In this document: positions 21,827-33,019 of the stretch, in pieces
Position numbering within the stretch: position 1 is the stretch's first letter
How the letters are laid out: every line of letters begins with the position of its first letter
Assembly (NCBI GenBank): GCA_002269645.1
Contig: NIVC01002193.1
Span: 1 to 64,000 of the forward strand
Direction of reading: 5' to 3'
Source of the DNA: Macrostomum lignano
Taxonomy: Eukaryota
Length of the DNA: 64,000 bases
Position numbers and translations under genes: made by a program
Notes under the pieces: generated by a model
Told to the model about the DNA's origin: nothing
Database searches by the model: none
What the model saw: the letters and a program-made list of their open reading frames with translations, nothing else

Positions 21827-24800
21827 GGGTGATTCTCATCGAGAGGTTTCGGAGGTTTTGAGGTTTTTCAGAGGTTTCATTTCAAACAAATATTTTTGCA
21901 CAAAATTTTTAATACTCTACAAAAATTGAAATTCGATTAAAATTTTCTAATGAATACAAATTTTCTTTAGGAAATAGCTCGGAGGTTTTAGATTCTTTTA
22001 ATTTTGTTTCTGATAGGCACGCGTGGAAATTATTTAACTTAGGCAACTATTTTTATGCTTTAAGAAAGTGGTTTTTTAAAAACACTACACGCAACACAAT
22101 ACACTGGTAATGTCATTGTTGCCATTGGCATCTACATTCAAGATGCAAGAATAAAATAAAAAAATATTCGACTTGAAGGCTCTGCTTGAAATATACTGAA
22201 AACATATAGACAGCTGTTTCATCCGTTTCCTGTTTTTACTTGAGTGCTGCATACCATTTTGCATTCGAATTATGTAATGACATTGACGACCTGCATGAAT
22301 ACTGCCTCAGAGAAGTAAATAGAAGAATTATTATTGTCTCAATTTTTTTTATAAATATATGAGGGCCTAGAATTACAAGTATGCATTTTACTTTTTATTA
22401 CTTAAAGCAAAGCATTTTACTTTTAATCATAAAATTTATTTTGAAATTGATTGTTTATGAAAAGTTTTAGATGAAAGTAATCAATACCTTTTATTTCAGC
22501 ATACTTTGTTTCAGCTGCCAATACCATGCCTGAACTACCGCTTGCCTGGTCTCCTGCCTGCATTCTGAGCCTGTACAGGCCAACAATGCTTCATGTTTGT
22601 CTATTCTAATAACAGGCATTATGGCATTCCATGTCCTATACCCACTTATGTTGCGACTCAGTGCAACCTAGCTCGCCATCGCCACCCTTAGAGCTTTGGC
22701 AGGCTGGTTGCTTTTGTGGTGGCAATTGGTTTGGTTGTCAGCATACAGAAGATGGCTGTGCTCTAGCTACTATCCTTGTGCTCTTTTACCTTGGGGTTGC
22801 AATAGGGGCCCGCGGCCTATTCGCGGCGCCTGTGCCCCCCGTCAGTAGTAAGTAAGTAAGTAGCTACTAACCAGATGACATCGACCAACAGCCTAGGGGC
22901 TAATCTACTGCGCACTGCTTTCGAGATGAGTGACTGAAGTTCTTCAACTGCTTGCTGGCTGACGTGCTACAGCCTTCGTTTTAGCAGGCATTGTCTTTCA
23001 TATGCGCATTAACTTTAGTTAAGAAAAGTTAAGAACTTCACTTTCATCTGAGTAAATAACAAGAAAAGACTTATATCCTCTCATGTAAAGATTTGAAATG
23101 TGAACTTTTAAACTGTTTTGATTTGACTCTCAAAGAATATTTATAATATAGTGTATTTAGGCAATGTAACAGCAATGTATGGATAAATATACATACTGAT
23201 AAAGAAAATACAAAACATTCCTTCTTTGTTTTTGAAATGCATTCTTGCAATGTTCGATGTTTTAAAATGAAGGGCCTAAAAAAATAAGGCAAGACCAATT
23301 GGCAACTACCGTGAAGCTCATTTGCTTGTATCAAGTTGGCGTACGCTGGCTGACATTGGGTTATCTATCAGACTTGGAGTCTCACCGCACTAAACCCTTG
23401 AAACAACGTTAGCCAGCCTTTTGAGATTCAGCATAGCATTCCAGGTTCAATGGCATGTCTATGAAGATGCATCCTACATCGTCAAGACCACCGAGGTGAT
23501 CGAAACCTCAATATTGTAGGGTGAGGAACATGGGCGATGCTTCTCCAGTGCGCGGTTTCTGCTATGGCCAGCAAAGTGCAATCGGGCAGTCGCATTATGT
23601 CAGTTATAGTGAGTTCCATTTGGATCATTTGGTTCTGGAAAGATGGCACGATTGAGAAATACAATGTTAGTCATACATTTTAGTATATGGGTGTAATGTA
23701 AGTACTTAACATCATAAGAAAATCTAAAGATTTATAGCCTTCTCCCCAACATGGTTGGCACCATGCATTTCATTGGCATGATAACTACTGTGGATGATAA
23801 GAGAGTATATTTGTTTAATATTAAAACAATTTACTTATAAAGTAAATTAAAAATTGAATAAAAATGTGATAACTAGGCATACATAAGTGCAATCTACTAT
23901 TTACTTTGAATATTTGCATAAAAAGACAAAAACTAAAGTAAGATACTAATGTATAAGAATAATAGAAATTGTACTCAACTATATCAACTTAAATTATAAC
24001 TGAATATAAAGCTATTAATAAATTATATTTAAAATTGAAAATGTAAAAATTTCAGATCATTAGAGCTTTCAATTTTATAGGTAGAGGTAAAGCCGTAAAG
24101 CTTTGTGAAGAGAATTATTTACTAGTATTAGAGGCTTAGGTAATAAATTTTTATCTTATGTGCATTGTGTATTAGGATTTAGGATGATGATGTAAAAATA
24201 GTAAATAATAGAAAATCGAAAAATAAAAGTTTTAGTATAATGGATGTAAAATAAAAAAAGAATATCAAATAAGTGAAAAAAAATTATATTTTACATTATA
24301 GATGCCTAGTAAAATACTTAGGGCCTTTAGTTAGTTAGACTAACAATCTATATTAAATAGCGACTGATACTGACTTGATAAAAATACTGACTTGGTCTTT
24401 TTAGTCTTAATTTAGTTAGTCTGGCTTAAAAAGGGATAGCTTTCTTAAGACCAAGTCAAAAACACTATGAAATTCGTATTAATAAATAGTGTCTGTTTTT
24501 AATTACATAGACAGGTCAAGTAGAAATAAGGATAGTTACGAATATGCATTAAAATAGAACAACACACACTTGTGACTATTCGCAACTTTGCGCTTATGAA
24601 ATGAAAAGGAAGCAATGAAAATGGCTTGGCATAAAATGTGTCAGACTACCACTTCGCATAAAAACAGTTAAATAATTTCCGCGCGTGCCTATCAGAAGCA
24701 AAATTAAAAAGAATCCAAAACCTCCGAGCTATTTTCTAAAGAAAATTTGTATTCATTAGTAAATTTCAGTAAGATTTCAATTTTTGTACGGTATTAAAAA

Positions 24801-24879
24801 TTTTGTGCAAAAATATTTGTTTGAAATGAAACCTCTGAAAAACCTCAAAACCTCCGAAACCTCTCGATGAGAATCACCC
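21827..24879. mobile_element. Long-TIR DNA transposon, Mutator/MULE-like, non-autonomous or decayed
   Basis: About 213-bp imperfect TIRs (21827-22039 and 24666-24879) beginning GGGTGATTCTCATCGAGAGG; 9-bp TSD cgctgacat / cgctgacgt. No transposase recognised inside. Confidence 0.8.
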
Positions 24880-25305
24880 CGCTGACGTTATTCTTTCTTG
24901 CAACGGCAAGTAAAAGCTAATCTTAGTCTTTCGTCAGATTTGGAAGTGAGTCTGGTGTAAGTATTTACTGACTGCATTTACTTTGGTTATGTTGATTCAC
25001 ATGATCCAAACTATTGGTTATATTTAAGGAGAAATTTTAGATATTAATAAAAAACAATGATTAGGCCCTAAAAGTACCATGTCCATAGTGAAAACTAAAA
25101 AGTTATTGCCAATATGCAAAACAATGGCGGATCTAAAGGAAGGATAAGGGGCAGCTACCCAACCTCTTTTGCCATGGTAGAACTTGCATATAAGAGAGGA
25201 ATATTGCAATTGTATTGTAGGTTTATTTGGTAATTTTGGACCTTATTTTTGGCAACCCAAAAAGTTGGGCCAATCTGCTTGCCTACTTTAAAAATCCTTT
25301 ATTTG

Positions 25306-26186
25306 CAGTGTTGGGCACTAGTCCGTTAATAAGCGTTAATCCATTAATAAGCATTTATAAGCGTTAAGATTTTTCATTAACGTTAATGGACTGTCGTTAA
25401 GATTTTTTTGAACTAACAAATTGACGAATTTGTGTTAAATTTTGTGAATTAACGATAAATTCATTGTTAACGGTTGTGTCTATGTCAATGACCAAAGACG
25501 CAAAGAAGGAATGAAAAATAGAAGTCTTTCAAGAAGTTTAAACATTACGAATGTATTTGAGCTTGCCTATATGCCTAAATATAATCTCTTTATTTATAAT
25601 GATGATCATACAGATGTACATGTAATTAACAAATTCTTACAAATAAACTTTAAAATAATGAATTAAAATAGTGTGAAACTTTATATCTTGCGCGTGAGCA
25701 TCAATCGCTTTGATTCACTTCTGTCCCAATCTTTCGCAACCTTCTGCTGTGCCTGCTAATGGTACTGAAACAACCTTCCTATGCATATTTAATTATGAAT
25801 TTCTCGCTATTAGCTTTTAAGTTTCAAATAAAATAAGTTTCTTTTTATTACCATATGCTTTACTTTTAGTAGTATTATGCATGCAAGTTTTTAAAATGAT
25901 TATTTATTACTTTTTAGCTTTCAAATCGCTTAGATGACCTCTGTGTTTCGCTAAAAAGATGGAATAACAAAGACGTGTAATACAAAATCTGTTTTGGAAA
26001 AAAATGTGCAAGATTTCTGTATTTTCTGTGTTAACTTTAACAGATTAACACTTAATAACGATTATCAGTTAACTTTCAATTAACTTAACAAAATTAGGAG
26101 TTAAAAAGTAAAGATTTTTTTGTTTTAATGCTAACGCTTTTGCTATTAACGGAAGTTAAGATTTTCATTAACGGTGCCCAACACTG
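25306..26186. mobile_element. hAT-like MITE (881 bp)
   Basis: 13-bp TIR CAGTGTTGGGCAC / GTGCCCAACACTG; 8-bp TSD tttatttg / tgtatttg; many subterminal GTTAA/TTAAC motifs. Confidence 0.8.
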
Positions 26187-26396
26187 TGTATTTGTGCTAT
26201 TGATACAAAAGTAAAACGTCAAACCATATAAATTTAATAATATAAATTCATTTTTCTTTTTAGGGCATAGAAGTTAAGATAAAGCTATGGTTTTATAGGT
26301 CAAACAACAAATAAATAAGTAATAAGTATTTATTAGATAGAATGCTCAGTTGCTTGATCTAGGCATATGATTTGGCATAATTTTGGTTTTGTAAAA

Positions 26397-27694
26397 CAAT
26401 GTGGCAGCTATATCTGGAATTTATTAAACAATTTTTAAAAAAGCTTGAGATCCATAGAAAACAGTACTGTATTTTAATATAAATTAATAAGAGCAAATGT
26501 AAAATGATGACAGAGTTTCACTCAAAAAACCTGCCATCAGCAGCAACAACCTTCTCTAGGCAAGTCCAGAAAGAGTGGCAAGCATCGATGACAACCTTGT
26601 CAAGGTTGGCCATGGCCTCCATAATGGCTGCCTTGAGCAAGTCATTGGTGTTGTAGGACTTTTGGTTCTCTTGTCTGGTCAATTCACTTTAGACATAATA
26701 GTCAAGTGGGTTGTAGTCACTGGAAGAAGGTGGCCACAAGTCTGGCAACCAATGATGGGGCACATTGCTATATAGCCAGGCCTGGGTGGTCCTAGCCTTG
26801 TGGGCTGGTGCAGAGTCCTACTGGAAGATGTATGGCCTTCCTTGGGCAACTTGGTCCATCTAGGGCTTCACAGTTGTCTTCAGGATCTTGATGTAGTTGT
26901 CAATGCTAAGATGGAAGCCATCCTTGAAGGAATATGGTGGCATGACATCTCCCTCAGAGCTGACAACACTAAGCACCATGATATGGGCTGGGTACTTGCT
27001 ATGCATTGCTATAGGTATATCTTTGGGAGAATCAGTCAGCCACCTATCATTTTGCTTATTGACTATGCAATCTTAGAAGAGGTTCTTCTCATCTGTGAAG
27101 AACCTCAGCATCCTGGTGCTCTCATGTTTAAGTTCGTTGATGAGGGCAGCAGCCTTAATCTTTCTCCTCTCCTTGGTGGCCTTAGTCAACAACTGCCTAC
27201 ACTTGATAATGTAGCTGTTCAAGCCAAGGTCTTCATTGCACATCCTCTTGATTGTCCTTTCAGACACCTCAAGGTCCCTGGCAATCTGTTGCATGGATGT
27301 GCCAGGGTTGTCTTTGACAATAGCCTTGACTTTAGCAACAAACTCATCATCCCTGAGTGTGTTAGACTGCCTGGCATGCTTTTTCCTTTTAGGTGTAAAG
27401 CTGTCCTTGTCTTCTACTTGATCCCAGGTCTTCTTGAGGTCGTACACCATTGATTTAGGGTACTTGAAAAAACTCAATGACAGTTTTGGCATCGTGGCCA
27501 GCATGGAAGGCTTCAATGATGGCAGCCCAATGGTCATATTCTTGGTTCATCTTGAAGAAAACTGCTGAGTATTATACATGGTTTGAAAGCTATATAAATA
27601 CAGATGTCTGGAATGCTGCAGTCTTTTCTCTTTAATGTGTCATTTTTGAGTTGGAATTGAAAAAAATCTTTCCAGATTTAGCAGCCACACACTG
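26397..27694 (-). mobile_element. Decayed Tc1/mariner-superfamily element, DD37D (maT)
   Basis: Degenerate TIRs (cagtgtgtggctgctaaatctgga vs caatgtggcagctatatctgga); TA beside the right end; transposase remnant inside. Confidence 0.85.
26518..27550 (-). pseudogene. maT (DD37D) transposase pseudogene
   Basis: MNQEYDHWAAIIEAF... with a +1 frameshift in a T-run near 27470; motifs FTDEK, FQ*DSAPAH and SSDYNPLDY with 37 residues between the 2nd and 3rd Asp; several in-frame stops. Confidence 0.88.
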
Positions 27695-28651
27695 TATGAA
27701 AATAATATTATAGCTGACAAAGTTTTTTTGTCTGATTTTCTAGCCTAGCTTATTTGTCTAAAAGTCAAGGCACTTCAAAAAATTCAGAAATTCTGATTCT
27801 TTTTTGCTACCTATTTGTTTTAAATAAACTTTTTCTATTTCTTAAAATAATGTTTGATAAAATATTTTGTCTAAAAGTCAAGGCACTTCCAAAAATTAGG
27901 ATAGGCTGATTCCTTTTTGCTGCCTATTTGTTTTGAAATAAAATAATGTTTGATGACATTAAAATTGATTTTCTTTAATAAGTTGGGACTACAGTTAGAT
28001 TCAGATATTAGTCTGTCTTCTATATACTAAACCAAACAGTTTTTTATTTTTATTTTCATATTATTAGTAAGAATTTAAGGAATATTTCAGATTATTTTGT
28101 TCTCAATTTATTGCATAGAACAGCCATTGAATACATGGATTGGATAGCATTTGGAGTAGGACATAGTTAAGTTTGTGTTAACATATGTATTTTTTCTTTA
28201 CTGGTCAGTCAAACTGAATTAGTAAAAAATTTTTTGCATAGTTTTCATAGCTGTAGCGTAAATTGTACAGAAAACCTACTAAAAAGCATTTAATAATTTA
28301 ATAACAAGCCTATAAACAATCCTTACAAATCATGTTACTTTATCGATGGATTTTTTCTGAATACTTACTGTATTACTTTAAGTAGATAGATAAGTAGACA
28401 TATAAAAATCATATTTTAAATGATTTAAGTATAAAAAATCCTTACAAAACTTAGGTTACTTTATCAATGGATTTTAATTCTGAATCCTTACTAGCTCGTA
28501 TATTACTTTAAGTAGACAGACAGTTTTCGCAAGTTCAGTATCTCACTAAATGGAGCTTCTATTCCATTTTTTTCTGTAGATCCCGCCCCAGTCGAGGCTA
28601 TTAAAACAATTCAACAGAAGCAATAACAAACCGATTTAAATCAAGCCAGCA

Positions 28652-29037
28652 ATGACTGACAATAAAGAATCGCGCGCTCGCAAGGGCTTGGCATTCGGGC
28701 CAACTTGGATTAACGAACTGCAGAGAGGCCACGCAGACGGCATTACGCCGCCAACAACGCCAACTGCGCCAGCCGTTGTTGGTGCTTTGAAATCTGGCAG
28801 CGGCGGCGGCGGCTCAGGTAGAGGCGGCGGTCAGCCCTTCAGGTACAGCCGAGAAGTAATTCTAAAGCTGGCCGACAGGGCAATGCTGTTTGCTAAACCA
28901 AACTGCTTGGCAAGGTTTCCAGAGATCTGTTCTAACGAGCCGCAGGCAGCCTTAGCGAATGTGCCGCTTAGCGAGAAAGAGCAATACCTGATGAGCAAAG
29001 GCTTTAATAGTGCGGCTGTGTTAAAAAATTATAATAG
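28652..29037 (+). CDS. GIGYF: GIGYF (GRB10-interacting GYF protein), exon 1
   Basis: LAFGPTWINEL resembles GIGYF LNFGPEWLRAL; FRYSREVILKL resembles the 4EHP-binding motif; donor ag|GTAAGT (phase 2). Confidence 0.88.
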
Positions 29038-29061
29038 GTAAGTTGGCTTATGTATGAATAT

Positions 29062-29304
29062 TAGCCTAGTCGTCGGACTCACGACTGAAAGGTCGGGGGT
29101 TCGATTCTCGACCCACTAGGAACAAACTTGTGCCCTTGAGCTAGACACTTAACTCTGCATTGCTTCAGTTCACCCAGCTGTAAAATGGGTGCCAGCATTA
29201 GCTGGGGTAATTGAGGCTGTGTGTGGCGACCCCCCAGTCCTTGGACTGAACAGCCGTACGCAGCCTTAAGATGCGCCCCAGTAGGGCAGGTGTAGTCTAT
29301 TATT
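29062..29304 (+). mobile_element. tRNA-derived CORE-type SINE, family 2, copy A (GIGYF intron 1, internally deleted)
   Basis: tRNA-like head (GGTTCGATTC); CCTTGAGCTAGACACTTAACTC...TCAGTT...CTGTAAAATGGG resembles the MIR CORE; homologs at 44942, 56340 and 62608. Confidence 0.82.
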
Positions 29305-29422
29305 AGCCTAAGTACTTAGTCACGCTCCTTCAGGTCGACACTACCCAGAAGCCATATGATTTAACTAAAAGAGCCTGCTCTTAAAATGTTTACATATTGC
29401 AATGCCCGGCCCAAACCTGCAG

Positions 29423-29961
29423 AGACAAGGACCGCGGCGACTGGGAAATTAGCGGCGGTCGGGAACTGGATAGTCGAGATCGTGAGCCGGGTGACAGGCA
29501 CGCCAGGGAACGGCTGGTGACGCCTGGTGACTCGACGCGCGGTCGGGGCGGCGGTGTCGGCGCGGGCTCCCAGGAGCGCGGCGGCGGCAGCCATCGGGGT
29601 CGGGGGCGCGGCCGGGGCCAGCTGGGCTCCAGTAGCGTCGGTCGCGAGCCGGGCGGCAGCGGCAGCTTTCACGAGCCCTCCAGACGACCAATCGGCAACG
29701 CTGATGCCGACGATGACTGGCGCTCGCGATCGTCAAAACCCGCCGTCGCCGCGTCGTCTACGGGTGGTGGCGCGGCCGACGCCACTCTGGCTGCACCGCC
29801 GCGGGCTTGGCGAACGCGCGGCGGCGGCGGCGGCGGCAGCGGCAGCGGCGCCGCAAACCCGGTGTCAGGCGAGAGCCGAGCCGGTCCGGGTCGCTGGCGC
29901 TTGGGGACCACAGGCGGACCGTCGCCGAATGCTTCTGAAGCTGCTCAGCGTCGTAGGGCAG
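29423..29961 (+). CDS. GIGYF: GIGYF, exon 2 (Arg/Gly-rich)
   Basis: cctgcAG|a (phase 2) ... gcag|GTGCGA (phase 1); open reading frame. Confidence 0.78.
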
Positions 29962-30027
29962 GTGCGAGTTTTGTTAATTTAATCATTGATAATTTAAATT
30001 TTCTCAAAAATTCTATCTAGCTCGTAT

Positions 30028-30389
30028 AAGGGGGGCCGTAGCCCAGCGGTCTAGCGCGGCGCTCTGATGTGCCAGCGGCCCAGGCTCGATTCCAAGTGCA
30101 GTCACATTAATTTGGGGCTGAATTGGAATCTCGGCTTGGCTCTGCTCGTGCAATTAACGGCCTTGAGAGCCAACCCCCCAAGGCACAGTGAAGTGTACAT
30201 GCCTAACGATAAATAAAGTTAGGGCCGCTGTACACTCCTGTGTGAGTGTGTGCCTGCGTACGTATCCGCGCGCTTGTATGCCTGCTCAGGGGAGTCGGTG
30301 GAATGGGCAGTAATGCCTCTCGCCGGTTGTGTGCCTATGTCGCTTAAAGTGCGCCAGGGTGCACACAGCCCCCAGCCTCTAATAAAAAG
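30028..30389 (+). mobile_element. tRNA-derived SINE, family 1, copy 2 (GIGYF intron 2)
   Basis: Highly similar to 10904-11265; 13-bp TSD atctagctcgtat / atctaactcgtat (30015-30027 and 30390-30402). Confidence 0.9.
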
Positions 30390-30571
30390 ATCTAACTCGT
30401 ATTATGACAATGTGTATATTTAAAAATAAAGTTTTATTTTTTCCCTACTGGCCTACTTGAAGTATAATAGAAACGTATACAAGAGTAATTTACAATAAAG
30501 ACAGATTTTACTAGTTATTGTCAATCTGTGTGAGCCGCTTGTTTTAAAGGAGACTCCGGTCTGCTTTGCAG

Positions 30572-32922
30572 GCGATCCAAGCGACAACAGCGGCGGCGAA
30601 GCCCTGCCCGAATGGAGCCACGACGTTGACGATGTTGGAGTTGGCGGCGCTGCCAGCGGTGGTGGCGGCGGCGGCGGTGGCACCTTCTACAGCGGAAAGT
30701 TCATCGCAGCGACCAAAAAGTCGCCGGAGGTCGGCGGCGGCGGTGCACCGGAGGATCACGACGAGGACGACGATTTGCCGCAGCTGGTGGACAGCGCCGA
30801 GCATCTGGCTGAGGAAAGCGGCGACAAAGTAGACGAGTCGCCAATGATGAAGACGCGAGTCCAGCAGCCGGCCAGTCGCAGCTGGCTGTACCAGGACAGA
30901 GTCGGCCAGGTGCAGGGACCATTCAGCTCGCAGCAGATGCTGGAGTGGCACAGGGGCGGCTATTTCCAACCGGAACTGATGGTCCGCCGGATAGAGGACG
31001 CCAGGTTTGCTCAGCTGTCGGATTTTTTCCGCTTATACTCGGGCAATCCGTTCGCTCGGGGCTCGGCTAGCCCGGGCTCGAATCGGTCTCAGTCGCCGGC
31101 GCCCCTTGAGCCGGACGTTGGCGGTCAGTCGGTGGCACCAGTTGTTTCAGCGGCTCCGGTGGCCGCGGTGCCTGCAGCCGCCGCCCTCATGCCGGAGATG
31201 CTGCAGATAATGCGCAGCTCCTTAGAGGCCGAACTCGAACAGCGGGCCAAGGCGCTCCGAGAACAGGAGGAGAAGCTGAGAATGGAACAGATGGAGATTG
31301 AACGTGCAAGGCGGGAGCTGGAGGAGAAGCGGGCCAGAGACTTAGAGGAGCAGAATAGGCAGCGGTTGGCGGCCGAAGAGCAGCTCCGACGATTAGAGGC
31401 TGAGAAGCTGCGCGCTCAACAAGAAGATGAGATGCGGCGCGAGCTGGAGCTGGCTAGGCAGCGGGCTGAGGAGCTGGCCAATCAGCAGCGCCAGGCTGAA
31501 GAGCTTCAGCGTCAGCAGCAGGCTGAAGAGTTGGCTAAGCAGCTGGCTAGGCAACGGGAAGCGGAGGAGATCATGAGGCAGCAACGGCAAACTGAGGAGG
31601 CGCTGGCCATGCAGAAAAAGCAGGTGGCAGCCGCCGCGGCCGCTGCTGAAGAGGCTTCCAGGCGCCAGGCTGAGGAAACTGGCAGAAAACAGCGACAGGC
31701 TGCTGAGGAAGCCGCCAGGCGCCAGGCTGAAGAAACTGGCAGAAAACAGCGACAGGCTGCTGAGGAAGCCGCCAGGCGCCAGGCTGAAGAAACTGGCAGA
31801 AAACAGCGACAGGCTGCTGAATCTGCTGCGGCCCAGCAGGAGGCTGACGAAGCCGAACGGCAGATGCAGCTGATCATGCAGATGTCAGAGATGAAATGGA
31901 AGCGGCTGGACCAGCAGCAGCAACAACAAACGGCGTCCTCGCCGCCCCAGTCGCAGCCGCAGCAATTGAACTCGCCGCCCCAGCAGGAGTTCAACCCGAA
32001 TTTCCGATTGCCGCCAGGGGCCCGCTGGGCAGTGTCTAGCACCGTCGGCAGCGCGCCAACCACGACCGCGAGTCCCGCCACCCAGGCGCAGTCGTTGCTG
32101 GAGATTCAGCGAGCCCAGGAGCAATCGTTGCAGCAGGAGCAGCAGCGCCAGCGTCAAGTTGAGCAGCAGGAACGCGAGCTGGCCGCCGCGGCTCGGGCTC
32201 AGGCCGCCGGCGCGCCCTGGGGCGGCTCCCTCCGATCCGGCCCGGCCAAGTCTCTGGCCGAGATTCAAGCAGAAGAGGAGGCGAAGCGTCAGCAACGGCA
32301 GCAGCAACAGCAGCAGCACATTTTTGTTCGGGCTAGCGGCGGCGCCGGCGGCTACACGGCGGCCAACCCGTCGGCGCTTTGGTCCGGCAAAGTGCGCGAA
32401 TCTGCGCCTGCGCCAACTCCGGCGCCGCCGCCTGCCCCAGCGCCACCCGCCGCGGCGCCTGCAACTCAAGCGCCCGCTTCGATTTGGAATTTTGAATCGC
32501 TGTCAATCAGTGGCAACGCGGCGGCTGTCAAGTCTCCAGCGACTAGTCAGGCGCCCAAGCCGCGAGCGCAGCCGGCTAAGCAGCCGCGAGCGCCGCCAGC
32601 TCAGTCAGCAGCTGAGGTTGCCAGCCGTAAAGTCCGCGATGAAGACAAAGCGCAGCAGGTGTTTCAACAGAGTCTGGCTAGGCAGGGCAGTTCAGGCGGC
32701 GATTCCCTGACTATCTGGTGCCAGCAGCAGTTGAAGGGCCTCGATACCCAGGTTGACATTCCAACCCTCATTGAGCTGCTCAAGGACATCGAAGATCCTA
32801 ATGATGTCGACGATCTAATTAAGAGTTACCTGGGCGAGACTGCGCGGACTGCCGAGTTTAGTAAAAATTTTCTAAAGAAGCGAATAGAATACAAGTATCA
32901 GGAGAGAAATGGTGGCGACCAG
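30572..32922 (+). CDS. GIGYF: GIGYF, exon 3 (LPEW motif, GYF domain, Q/E-rich coiled coil)
   Basis: ctttgcAG|gc (phase 1); LPEW; GYF domain WLYQDRVGQVQGPFSSQQMLEWHRGGYF; C-terminal WCQQQL..VDIPTLIELLKDIEDP; donor cag|GTGAGC. Confidence 0.93.
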
Positions 32923-33019
32923 GTGAGCTTCAAAATTCATCATTTGGGTGGTGCAAGGATAGGCCATAGAGATCCTAGATTGCAGCACACTTAAATTGGA
33001 TTCTTTAGCGCCAGTTGTT

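Noticed and set aside
26800-27453. 217-aa plus-strand ORF
   Set aside because: Antisense of the maT transposase remnant.
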